Shown here one piece after another: positions 1 to 11,900 of a stretch of DNA of 64,000 nt. The position numbers and the translations under genes were made by a program. Each line of letters opens with the position of its first letter. The stretch's first letter is position 1. The stretch comes from Stegostoma tigrinum (Eukaryota), in contig NC_081362.1 in the NCBI RefSeq assembly GCF_030684315.1, forward strand, positions 15,742,589-15,806,588, given 5' to 3'. The notes under the pieces are model-generated. The model did no database searches. It saw nothing but the letters and a program-made list of their open reading frames with translations, and had not been told where the DNA came from.

Positions 1-800
1 AATGAGTACTCATCTACATTAAGCATCACTTGGAAGCAGCACTGCAGTTAGCCTGAGTACACTTTGGATTGGGCATCTTCAATATGATTACCAAGAGTGG
101 TTCAGTAGCACCACAACTGTCTGAACTAAATGAGTCCTGAAAGACACATCTGCCTGCAACAGGTGGTGAAAGCAAAAAGGGGGAAAATGCTATTTTATCT
201 CATCCTCGTCAATCCACATGTCTCAGATTCATTTGTTCACGGCAGTATTGTGTGACCACTGCAGTCCTTGTAAAGGCAAAGTTATATGTTCACACTGAGG
301 ATGCATACTCTCCTGTTGTGTGGCTCTACAACCATGATAAATGGGGTACATTTCAAACAGATCGAGCATCTCAAGATTGAACATCCACAAAGTGTTGTGT
401 GCATCAAAAGCAACTGAACTGTATTAATTCCAACCTGTGGCTCAGTATATCCTGAATTCCAGCATTACCATCAAGTCAGGGGATCAACACTGGCTCAATA
501 ATGAGTGCAACAGGGCATGACAAGAACTGCACTAGGCATACCTAAAAGTGAGGTACCAAAATGATCATACTTGGGATCACGTGTTGACAAGTGTGGAAGC
601 AGCACACAATAGACAGAGCATAGTGATCCCAATGGATCACATCTAAGCTCTGCAATCCTGCCATCAGTCATGGACAGTGTTGGATAATTAAACAAGAGAC
701 AGGAGGGGAGACTTGGGCAAATATCCAAATCCTACAACAGTGCAAAAATCAAGGCTTGAGGCATTTGAATCCATCTTCAACCAGACTTACTGAATGGAGG
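1..800 (+). mobile_element. Old degenerate CR1/L2-like LINE fragment (endonuclease region); continues at ~1120-1760 (RT region)
   Basis: Decayed HHLEEAL/QEW..STTT-like coding, similar to the minus-strand copy at 46.1-48.4 kb. Interrupted by a SINE and a Penelope hairpin. Confidence 0.6.
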
Positions 801-1381
801 ATCTGCATTAGTTACCCAGACTTAGGACTGAATGGCTTACTGGGTGAAGTTAAGTCACTTTACTGTGGCTTTCAAGTCACGCAGACAGATTTCCTTCTCT
901 AAAGGGCAATAGTGACTCAGAATGTTTTATAAAAATGACAGCCTCATGACACTATTACTGAGACTTGTTTTATATTCTTGATTTATTAATTGGTTTTAAA
1001 TTCCACCATCTGCCAGGGGGAGATTTGAACCCATTTTCCCCTGGGGAAACCCATTTTAGCCAGGGCCACTGGTTATTAGTCTAGTGATATTACCATGACA
1101 CCACTAGCTACCCCTTAGAGGCTAAATCCTGACAACATTCCACAATAATACCAAAGACATGAAACGCAGAACTGGGTGTGCTCCCAGACAATATTCTTCA
1201 GTAGAGCTAAAGCACTTGAAGCTACATAGCCCTGGTATATCCTGTCTACAAACAGCAGAACAAATCTAATCTAGCTAATTATTCCCCCACCAGTCTACTT
1301 TTGATCATCAGCAAAGTGTTGGAAGGTGCCATTGACAGAGGTATCAAGTGATACTTATCTAGCAATAATCTGATCATGGAT

Positions 1382-1487
1382 GGTAGGAACTGCAGATGCT
1401 GGAGAATCTGAGATAACAAGGTGGAGAGCTGGATGAACACTTGCTGCTTGGCATGCTGTGTTCATCCAGCTCTACACCTTGTTACAC
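1382..1487. mobile_element. Penelope pLTR-derived fold-back element (centre deleted)
   Basis: Inverted arms taacaaggt..gatgaacac / gtgttcatc..ccttgtta. 12-bp TSD CTGATCATGGAT (1370-1381, 1488-1499). Confidence 0.8.
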
Positions 1488-2399
1488 CTGATCATGGATA
1501 CTCACTTTGGATTCCATCAAGGCCACTCAGTTATGTTAGTTCACCTCTTTTTGTATTGATCCCAACGTGGAATAAAGAATTTAATTGCAGAGATGAAGTG
1601 AGCGGGACTACCCTGAAATATCAAAGCAACATTTGACTGAGTGTGGTTTCAAAGGGGCCTAGCAAAACTGCAATCAATGGGAACCAGGGAGAAAACTTTT
1701 CACTGTTGAAGACCTACGTTGCATAAAGGAAGATACTGTAACTTATAGAGTCCAATTATTTCAGATCCATTTTACCCCAAGCCAAAAAAGCCAGTTTACA
1801 TCACAAGTTACCGGTCCCAACCAGCTTATATTCAGTCAAAGTCAGAGGTCCGGGGGTGTGCTAAGAGAATGAAGCCACAAGATTCTACAGTTTTGAACAA
1901 ACAATAATACATTGTTCTACAATATTAGATCAGTCAATACCTACAATACAAATGTTACTTATTTCTAACACTTCAAACTAACAACAATTGGAGGTGTAGG
2001 TAATTCCTCCCCTCAAATTTCCCTCATCATTTAATACCATCATGACTAATCTCATCTAGGCTTCATCTTCACTTCACTGCCCACTTCCTATAACCTTTTA
2101 ACACATTACACATAGTAAACACTAGTAATATACTACAATCGAACATTATATAATGCACATATGACAGCAAACACAATTACAATCGTTCCCACAGAATTTT
2201 CAGCAACTTGCTCCAGATGGTAATAAGAAAGAGTGCCATCTAACCTTGCCTGCTGTTCTTCCAATAAAGTTCTACATCCTATTATTTCCATAACCTCAGC
2301 TGAAACACAGGGCTCGAGTGTAGTTTGACCCTCAGACAGACCCACAGTGAGACCCTCAGACAGAGCAGTGACCCCCTCAGTGTGAACCTCAGGCAGATC

Positions 2400-4270
2400 A
2401 GCGTCCCCACTTGGTTTCACCTGCCCCCCCCCCACAACTGACCCTCACAGTTTCACCTCCCCCTCCCCTGGCACTGACCCTCACTGTCTCACCTCCCCCT
2501 CTCCCGGCACTGACCTTCACTGTCTCACTCCCTCACCCCCAGCAGTGACCCTCGCTGTCTCCCCGCAAACTCGTAACCCTCACTGCACCCCCACCCCAAG
2601 CACTGATCCTCACTGTCCCCTCCCCCACAACTGACCCTCACTGTCTCCCCTCCATCAGCAATGACCCTCACTGTCTCCCCTCCACCAGCACTGATCCTCA
2701 CTGTCTCTTCTCCCCCAGCATTGACCCTCAGTCTCCCTCCCCTCCTCTCCCTCAGCACTGACCCTCACTGTCTCTTCTCCCCCAGCACTGACCCTCAGTC
2801 TCCCCTCCCCTCCTCTCCCCCAGCACTGACCCTCACTGTCTCTTCTCCCCCAGCACTGACCCTCAGTCTCCCCTCCCCTCCTCTAACCCAGCACTGACCC
2901 GAACTGTCCCCCCTCCCCCAGCATTGACCCCCCTCCCCCAGCACTGACCCTCACTGTCCCCAGCACTGACCCCCACTGTTCCACCCTCCCCCAGCACTGA
3001 CCCACACTGTCCCCAGCACTGACCCTCACTGTCCCCCCCTCCCCCAGCACTGACCCTCACTGTCCCCCCCTCCCCCAGCACTGACCCTCATTGCACCCCC
3101 TTTCCCAGAACTGACCTCCCCTCCCCCAGCACTGACCCTCACTGTCCCCCCCTCCCCCAGCGCTGACCCTCACTGTCCCCCCCCTCCCCCAGCGCTGACC
3201 CTCACTGTCCCCCCCTCCCCCAGCGCTGACCCTCACTGACACCCCCTCTCCCAACGCTGACCCTCAATGTACCCCCCTCCCCCAGCACTGACCTCACTGT
3301 CCCCCTCTCCCCCAGCACTGACCCTCACCGTCCCCCCCAGCACTGACCCTCACCGGTCCCCCCCCCCAGCACTGACCCTCACCGTCCCCCCCCCTCCCCC
3401 AGCACTGACCCTCACCGTCCCCCCCCTCCCCCAGCACTGACCCTCACCGTCCCCCAGCACTGACCCTCACCGTCCCCCCCCCTCCCCCAGCACTGACCCT
3501 CACTGCCCCCCCCCAGCACTGACCCTCACTGTTCTCCCCCCCCCAGCACTGACCCTCACTGTCCCCCCCCCAGCACTGACCCTCACTGTCCCCCCCCCTC
3601 CCCGAGCACTGACCCTCACTGTCCCCCCCCCCCTCCCCGAGCACTGACCCCCCCCCCCTCCCCGAGCACTGACCCCCCCCCGAGCACTGACCCCCCCCCC
3701 CCCTCCCCGAGCACTGACCCCCCCCCCCCCTCCCCGAGCACTGACCCCCCCCCCCCCCCTCCCCGAGCACTGACCCCCCCCCCCCCCTCCCCGAGCACTG
3801 ACCCCCCCCCCCCGAGCACTGACCCCCCCCCCCCCCTCCCCGAGCACTGACCCCCCCCCCCCCCCCCTCCCCGAGCACTGACCCCCCCCCCCCCCCCCTC
3901 CCCGAGCACTGACCCCCCCCCCCCCTCCCCGAGCACTGACCCCCCCCCCCCCCCCTCCCCGAGCACTGACCCCCCCCCCCCCCTCCCCGAGCACTGACCC
4001 CCCCCCCCCCCCTCCCCCTCCCCCTCCCCGAGCACTGACCCCCCCCCCCCCCCTCCCCGAGCACTGACACCCCCCCCCCTCCCCGAGCACTGACCCCCCC
4101 CTCCCCGAGCACTGACCCCCCCCCTCCCCGAGCACTGACCCTCCCCCTAGAACCGACCCTCACTGACCCCTCCCCCCAGAACTGACCCCACCCCACAGAA
4201 CTGACCCCTCCCCCCAGAACTGACCCCTCCCCCCAGAACTGACCCCTCCCCCCAGAACTGAGCCTCACCG
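2400..4270. repeat. C-rich minisatellite, ~22-35 bp units with core CCC(A/GA)GCACTGACCC(TCACTGT)CnTC
   Basis: Dozens of directly visible tandem units with variable poly-C tracts. Unit type shifts along the array (cagcactga to gagcactga to cagaactga). Confidence 0.95.
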
Positions 4271-4289
4271 CTGACATTGTGCCGGAGTC

Positions 4290-4453
4290 TCCACCTCCCT
4301 CAGAGGTCACGTGTCCCCCCGAACGTTGGGTCTGCGCCTTCCACGTGACGATGACACAGCCTCCTCCGGCCCGGCACCAGCTAACTTCCGGTGGCTCAGG
4401 GAAACGGTGCATTGTGGTCCGGCGTTTGTCCTTGGTTACAACCCGACAGCAAG
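4290..4453 (+). promoter_or_regulatory. COX7A core promoter / 5' UTR
   Basis: CpG-rich with no TATA box. GTCACGTG (4306-4313) and CACGTGAC (4342-4349) are USF/MiT-type E-boxes; ACTTCCGG (4384-4391) is an ETS/GABP (NRF-2) motif; AGGTCA half-site at 4304-4309. Confidence 0.7.
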
Positions 4454-4477
4454 ATGTTCGGAGTGAGGGCCTTGAGG
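4454..4477 (+). CDS. cox7a2: COX7A (COX7A2-like) coding exon 1, MFGVRALR (start of mitochondrial presequence)
   Basis: ATG in aagATG context inside a CpG-rich promoter region. Donor AGG|GTGAGC at 4478 is phase 0 and joins exon 2 in frame. A short first coding exon is typical of COX7A genes. Confidence 0.8.
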
Positions 4478-5070
4478 GTGAGCCTGAGGGGGCAGTGAGG
4501 GCTATGGTAATGCCCCTCTGGTGGACGAGGCAGTGGGACGGGGCGGGGATTGATCCCCCCACCCCCGAGGGTGGGACTGAGTGGGCAGTGAGGGTGATTT
4601 GCCCTCCCGAAGGGTAGGGATGCATTGAGGGCCCTGACGGAATAGGGAAGGTGAGCGTGAATGGGTAGGTCTGAGGCTGGAGATGGGGTGCGAGCGGCCT
4701 AAGGGCGATGGAGTGTTTGAGGGTGAGAGAGGAGCGAGGGCACATTCCTGTCCAGTGATGCTGTACCAAGGAGGCCGATCCACTCTCTATTCGTGTGTTG
4801 GCGAGTAGTGAGAGTTCATCAGTCCTGCACCCTTTGGCCTTCCCTCAGAGACCCGGAAATGTTTCACTTATTTAACCAACCATAATGGTTTTTTTTAAGC
4901 TAATACTTTACATCTGAAGTCACTTTGTCGTGTTTTTTTTTAAAAAACACCCTTGTTTTTCTTCTCAATTTGTGCCGATCCTCTTTAATCTATCCTCTGA
5001 TTAATAATCTTCCTATCACTAGAAACAATGCCTCATTGTTTTTTCTGTCTTGGCTCATCATGAAGTTGAA

Positions 5071-5250
5071 GATAACACGGTGTACAGGTGGATGAACACA
5101 GCAGGCCAGGCAGCATCAGAGGAGCAGGAAAGCTGACCTAGCTCCAAATGTCAGCCTTCCTGCTCCTCTGATGCTGCTTGGCCTGCTGTGTTATTCCACC
5201 TGTACACTGTGTTATCCCTGATTCTCCAGCATCTGCAGTTCCTACTAACT
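5071..5250. mobile_element. Penelope pLTR-derived fold-back element
   Basis: ~65-bp inverted arms plus a 3' tail; degenerate TSD atga..ttgaagat (5060-5073, 5251-5264). Confidence 0.8.
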
Positions 5251-7029
5251 ATGATATTGAAGATGTTTGTCATGCTTCCTTGCTTATCTCAGGCTATTTG
5301 CTGCACCCCAACCCCCATATCACTGATCTCTCCAGGCTGGTGATACTCTTTTTCTTGTACCCTCTCCAACCTTGAAGTATGATGCCTGGAGTTGAGCACA
5401 TTGTTCTAGCTAAGGATTAATTAACTTGCATAGTTTAGTACAAGGCTCTTCTTTGTAGACTCTGTCTGAGCAGCAAATAGAGATTTCTTCCTGCTTTGTT
5501 AATTTTTTTCAATATTCTCTGCTTTGATCAAAGATTTGTCTCCATAATCCCAGATCTTTGTTATTGTACCTATGTTTAAGTTTCACCATTTAATTTGTGT
5601 TACCTTATTCATTCCAACTTTTACACTTCTCTGCATTAAATTTCACCTACTATGTGAAAATAGAGTTAATTTGCTCTCCATTTTCCTGAGTCTGCATGTG
5701 TCCTCCTGACAACAGTGTCTGTTTTCTTTTGCTGCTTTCAAGCCTTGATTGATTGGCACATATTGCAATTATATGCAAGTTCAGGTAATTATATCAACAT
5801 ACAGGTGTGTGCCAAATGTACAGCTATAATGGTGTATCTGTATATCAGGACATATATCTATTATTCGTGTAAGTGCTGTTTCTTGATATCAAGGCACCAG
5901 ATACTACAACTGTCCTTACTTAAGACAGAATATACTTGCTTTGGAAGTAGCTCAGGGAACATTCATTTGGCTGATTCCTCAGATGAATGGGGATCAGATT
6001 GGGCCTGAACTTGTTGCAGTTTGTTAGAAAATGATGCCATTTTATTGAAACATATATAATTCTGAGGTGACTTGGCAGAGGTGGTCTTTCCCCTATCTGG
6101 TTAACCTAGAACCCAGGAGTACAGTTTTTAAAATAAGAGGGCTCCTGTTTAATACGGGAGCTGGGGGGAAATTTCTTCTAAAGGTGCTAGAGTTTGGAAT
6201 TATCTTCCACAGAGAAGTGAAGACAAGATCATTGAGTATCTTGATTTGAGGATTAATATTATTTAATAATGGAACAGGATGGATGGACAGAATGGCTGTC
6301 TGTGTCAATTTATCTTATTAGCACATAATTATAAGATTTTAATTTATAAGGCATGTATACATTTAATGTTTCTTGATGTATTTTCTGGGCATTAAAAATA
6401 ATTTAGATATCTAAGTTTTTGGATCCCAGTCATCATTGTGAACATCTGAAATGTGGGGAACTGCAGAAGCACTTTTGTCCCTTTTTGCACCTGTAGGGAT
6501 TACGTGTGTGAGCCTTTGACTGATGGGCTAGCCCTGGCTGCTCAGATAGCAAGCAATATTGCGAAGAAAGGTTCAGTCCCAGAGTGTTGTCACCTCTGCT
6601 TTCCCCATTCAGTTCTCCCTACTCTACTGAACGTTTCTAACGTTGGTGCCTCCTTGTTTTAATTCCCAGCATCTGCAGCTTTTTAGTTTCTATTCTATCT
6701 GTTTAGCCATTACAGCTGGTCCAGCTCAGCACTTACCTAGGGTGCAGCATTGGCTTTTCTGTTATGTCCTTGAGCCAAAGCAGAATTACCCACTCAGCAC
6801 TGTTGTATAATTCAAGTTTTGAGGATGAATGTGCCAACCTTGCCTCTTGCATGTCAGTTAATTAACAAAACATGCAGACAGTCATATTTAGTTGCCATTC
6901 ACCTTATTTGTTATTTTTAAGACTTGTTACCCACATTTTCAGCAGCTAATGCAATCGACAGATCATCCGGGGATGCACCTAGGATTGCAACTGTGACAAG
7001 TACATCCCAAACTGCATTCTCGTGTAGCT

Positions 7030-7570
7030 TGTCTTGTTCAAAAACAAAGTGGCTGGAAAAGCTCAGCAGGTCTGGCAGCATCTGTAGAGGAGAAAACAGT
7101 GTTCATGTTTCGGGTCCGCTGACCTTTCCTCAGAATGGACGGTGGCTGGGAAAATGTTAGTTTATATGCAGAAAATAGGGAGGTCTGTCGGGTAGGGTAT
7201 AAACAATAGGATAGAGCCCAGAGTCAGAGACACAGTTGGACAGGCAAAGGAGTTGCTAATGATCAGGCTGGGAGGATGAATAGTTGTTAATGGGGACTGT
7301 TAGTGACTAACAATGGGGGGGCGGCGGCGGTGTGTAGTGGCAGGCTATGTGGTAACAAGGCTTGGTGTGTGGCGTAGGGGGGCTAGGACATGGGAGAGTT
7401 TAAGCCCTAAAATGATTGAACTCAATATTGAGTCCAGAGGGCTGTAGGGTCCCCAAGCGGAAGATGAGGTGTTGTTCCTCAGCTTGTGCTGGGCTTCACT
7501 GGAAGACTGTAGCAAGCCGGAGACAGAGATGTTGGCCGGAGAGCAAGGTGGTACACTGAAGTGGCCACTT
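7030..7570 (-). mobile_element. Penelope-like element 3' end (GIY-YIG C-terminus + pseudo-LTR) in COX7A intron 1
   Basis: Minus strand reads ...GLLQSSSEAQHKL.EQHLIFRLGTLQPSGLNIEFNHF. Hammerhead-like core CTGAGGA...CCGAAAC at ~7105-7133. Confidence 0.75.
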
Positions 7571-7625
7571 CAATTAGTTCATTTGGGAAACTACATTTTC
7601 ATGAAATTGCTGTTTTCTCCCTCAG

Positions 7626-7715
7626 GCTTTTCAGCAGCTTTCACATCGAACTTTCAGCACTGCAGCCCGGCGGCAAGTGGAGAATAAGGTTCCCGAGAAG
7701 CAGAAGCTATTCCAG
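7626..7715 (+). CDS. cox7a2: COX7A coding exon 2, AFQQLSHRTFSTAARRQVENKVPEKQKLFQ
   Basis: Acceptor ttttctccctcag, 90-nt exon, donor CAG|GTGAGT. NKVPEKQKLFQ is the COX7A signature, and the exon size matches vertebrate COX7A2 exon 2. Confidence 0.95.
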
Positions 7716-8217
7716 GTGAGTGAGCTGTATGTGTATTGGGTTGGGCTACTTTTGGCATTGGAGTTCTACACATGGCTTTGACACTGCCATGCTGCTGCTG
7801 CTGTTACTGTGTATACAGATTGTGTATGTGATTACATTTAATGTGAGTCATTTGAATCAGCAAACGCTCTTCCAGCTATTTTGATTGCTAAATTTAGAAA
7901 TTGAAGCTGGTTTCTGCCTTTTGGATGGGATGTGCTAAACGAGAAAAGCCCAAGATCCATCTAGTTTTCCTTCACCCAGCCTGGTGATCGTGTGAAATTG
8001 TACAATGCAGAAACAGACCCTTCAGTCCAACCCTTCCCAAACAAAACTAGACCCAACTGCCTGTTTCTGGCCTATATCCCTCCAAAGCTTTCCTTTTCAT
8101 GTACTTATCCAAATGTCTTTTCCACATTCTAATTGTACTTGTATCCACCACTTCTCCAGGATGTCAGAACAATAAATAAGTTGTTAACAAATTATGACTA
8201 TCAGTTAGTTTAAAACT

Positions 8218-8533
8218 GCACGTTGGCTCAGCGGTTCGCACTACTGCCTCACAGCGCCAGCGACCCAGATTCAATTCCCACCTCGGGCGACTGTCTGTGT
8301 GGAGTTTGCACATTCTCCCCGTGTCTGCGTCGGTTTCCTCTGGGTGCTCCGGTTTCCTCCCACAGTCCAAAGATGTGCAGGTTAGGTGGATCGGCCATGC
8401 TAAGTTGCCCGTAGTGTTCAGGGGTGTGTGGGTTGTAGGGGGATGGGTCTGGGTGGGATGCTTCAAGGGGCAGTGTGGACTTGTTGGGTCGAAGGGCCTG
8501 TTTCCCCCCTGTAGGGAATCGAATCTAATCTAA
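8218..8533 (+). mobile_element. HE1-type tRNA-derived V-SINE
   Basis: A box TGGCTCAGCGG, B-box-like GATTCAATTCC, V-domain tgtgtggagtttgcacattctccccgtgtctgcg, CR1-like tail with (aatct)n. Confidence 0.85.
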
Positions 8534-8814
8534 CCCAGGCACAAGGTCAGCAAAATCCTCATGATTGAGAGTTTTGGAATTTGTATGTCATAACTTGTGC
8601 CAAACATCTGTTACCACATTACAGCTTATTGCTGCAACATTGTGTCCCAAAATACTGAAGTACTTGATTCCTACAATTGCAACACAGTTTCCAACAGCTG
8701 TGTTGGAGGGAAATGTGACTTCTTACCATACACACTTGCAAGTTTTCTTTTTGTTTGCCTCCACATTTAAAGACAAAGTTAGCGTTATTTGAGAGGACAG
8801 GAGACCGCTGTCTG

Positions 8815-8960
8815 AGTAGGATGCCTGGTAGTAGTTTAACTTGTGGTTCGCCATGCCTCAGGTGAAGGGTGAGGTTGAGAAGATGGGACCTTCATGGTGA
8901 CCTCAGATGATTTGGGAATTGAACCCACACTGTTGACCAGCCATCCAACTAACTGACCCT
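8815..8960 (-). mobile_element. Third tRNA-derived SINE family (other copies ~19520-19715, 38715-38875)
   Basis: Recurrent gtttaacctgagggtcacca..cctcaggtgagggg..ggaattgaaccc..ccatccagccaactga pattern. Confidence 0.6.
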
Positions 8961-11900
8961 CAACTCCATGTTTATGCAATGAACAGAATTTGACAGTGAG
9001 TTACAAATGGAATATTAAGCCAATTGATTGAAAGTGTAGTTAACGTACAGCAGCTTATCATATCAAGTTTAGTTTTTGGATGGTATGGCTTACAAGTTGT
9101 CATTAATCTTTCAGTTTTGTAGCATGGAAGGGAGGCATTCATCCTACCATACCTGGTATGTGGAAACAGTTAAAAACTATGAGCACTGTCCCAGATTAAG
9201 ATGTGTACCCTCTATTCTTAGTCAAAACTTACCAAAGGGACTGATAAGAATGTGCGTCAGATCTGCAGGTTTTAAATAACTTTCCATTAAGTTCGCAATT
9301 CAGAAACTCATAGTTGCTTTTGATTTTTAAAATGCTAGAGAAACAGTCTTAACCTAAAAGCGTGCAATTAATTTTGTAATGAAATCAAACCATTCCCTAC
9401 TCTTGAGGTAGGCTTATCCATCAGAGGTGATAGAATGGATTCTGGCAGCTTTAATAGTCACCCTCGATTAGGATTGATGTAAATTGCACATTCACTGGAA
9501 TAAACTTTATTCTTTACAATCAATGTAAATAAAAATGAATGTTGGCGCATTGAACCTTTTACCCTAAAGGTTTTGAGCTTGTCTTTGTGCCCTTTGAAAT
9601 GATGCTTTTATTTTCAAGACATCTGTACTTTTTCCAAGGTGAACGGTTGACATATATATTTCCTTTTTCAAGAACTGGTTTGAAGTTTTGAGCTTCCAAC
9701 AGACAAAATGTTGGCTGCTATTATGGTCAGTAGTCTCTGTGTGAACTTTTGTGATTAAGCTTTGCCTGTGGACTCTGCCAAGAAGTAATATTGATTGACT
9801 ATGCAAATTGCTAACAAGGTGCATCTGAAGCGTAACTAGGTTGAGTGTTTGTATTCCTCAGCTAACCAATGTCTCCTGGTGCATTGCTTGATCCAATCTT
9901 CTCTGAGCAATGAGCTACCAGCAAATTACTAAGTTGTCTTCAATTTCTGCACTAGAATATCACAGGCAGTCATTCTCTTCTTTGTTGACTGACCCATCTT
10001 TTAGTTATTTCTGTGGGTCAGTTGGGAAGTAGTTTGCATGTTTTATCCCTGCAGCCCCCTCATGGTTTGATAGCTTTGCATGTAATTGCACCATGTGCTG
10101 TTAACTCTAGTGCAGACCTCTCAATCATTGTCTGTTAGTCTCCGCTGGGAGCGTGTGTTTGTGTGTTTTGGGTAACGTTGGGGTCAGGGTTGGCTGTGTT
10201 GATTGAAGCAGTTCACTAATTTTCATCCAAATTGCATGTTTTCTTGAGCTACCATCAATATTAATGCGACTGTACCTCTGTAGGAGCTGCCCCAAAAATT
10301 TGTAAGAAATGTTATTGGACACAATTTGACCACAAGCTACAGAGGGAATATCAGAGCAACAGACTGAAAACTTAGTTAAAGAGCAGCAGTTTGCCATATC
10401 CGGTTTAACTCCAGGACCGAGGGGCTGACAGAAATAGTTAATCAATTAATTTTATGACAGTGGAGGGGAGGGCAGGGGGTAGGGCTTAATCCTATCACGC
10501 CTGCTATGTGGAAACAATAAAACTGAAGAGATAAAATTGAGTCTAGCTCTGCCGTAGCCCCGGTTAGCTGTTCTGATGGGTACCACCCAGCCACTGAAGC
10601 CACTTCCCTGTTTTTCTCTTTAGGTCTACATTTGAGGTTTCCACCTCAACTACTCTGAAGTTTCAAATGCAGACTGAGACTGTTCTCATTGCCTCTAGTT
10701 GATGGCTGAAGCACTTGCTGATGTTCGATTCCCTTCATCGCTTAGAGTGCACCCGGGAATCCAGTGAATAACTGGAACTAATGGGTGCTTGAATAATACT
10801 TGTGGGAAGTTGTGTAACATTGTTTCAATGATTGCAGTGTTTGTGTTTCTCAATAAGCACCGGAACTGTTTCGGTTGGTGTTTCAACACAAGACCAGTAG
10901 CTTGCAAAGAGGGCGAGAGAAACAGTGAAAGTTTTAATACTTTATTGAGGTTTGACTGCAGAGAATATGAAAATAACTTCATCCACAAAATTATTTACTC
11001 ACGGGATCTGGACATTGTTAGCATAACCACCATTTATAGTGAAGTCAGGTTAACCGAACGCTGGGGCTGACTCTAACCTTTAGACTTTTCTGATTCCGGG
11101 ATGTTTCTAGTTTGCTAACAGCATGAAGGAAGGCCGGAAGTGATAGACCCATGCCTGGAGTACAAGACTGTCACAACCTCTCTAGAATGAGAGATCATCA
11201 TTTTAGGATAAGAGGTAGCAGATTTAAAACCCTGAGATGAGGATAAATTTTCACAAAGCTGTGGAATTCACTTCAAGTAGTGTGTGATGAATGCTGGGAC
11301 ATGGCGTAAATTTCTGGAGATTTTTTTTAATTAGCAGTGGGTTGAAAGATTATGGGGAGTGGGCAGGAAAACAGAGTTGAGGCCAAAATGAGATCAGCCA
11401 TGATCATGTTAAATGGCAGAGCAGGCTTGAGGGGCTGAATTGCCTACTCCTGCTCCGAGTTATGTTCTTCTGTACAATGGGAAATTTTGTAGATATCTGG
11501 ACTGTACACGGTTAGGATGAAGAGAGGAATTGGCAGGCTCAAGAGAACAGTAGAAGCAAAGTCAGCATTTTCTTCAGTCTTCTCCTATGGCAGCCTGAAA
11601 ACCCAAGGCTGCCATCTGTTCTGTGGCTTCCGATATGGAGTGAGTGGAAACTGTCCTTACAGGGGAGAGCTGAATGAGAAATGGTTTGCTTGATTTGGAT
11701 AGTTGTTTGATAATCATGCCAGCCAGCCTTCTCCTTCTGGTTAGGTAGTGTCTGGCTGTAGTGAGATCACTGTCAGGTGAAGGTAGGATAGAAGCAAAGT
11801 GGCTTTAAACTTAAGGGAGATGTAGGAAAAACTGTTGAAGCCGAATTCAGAAATCCTTTCTGAAAGGGAATTGGTTACTGGAGAAAGTATTAAAGGTTAC

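Noticed and set aside
3444-4769. 441-aa Gly-rich minus-strand ORF and overlapping ORFs
   Set aside because: Translation of the C-rich minisatellite; open in several frames and antisense to the COX7A promoter.
8218-8290. tRNA gene candidates (A/B boxes)
   Set aside because: These are SINE heads followed by V-domain bodies; no complete cloverleaf.
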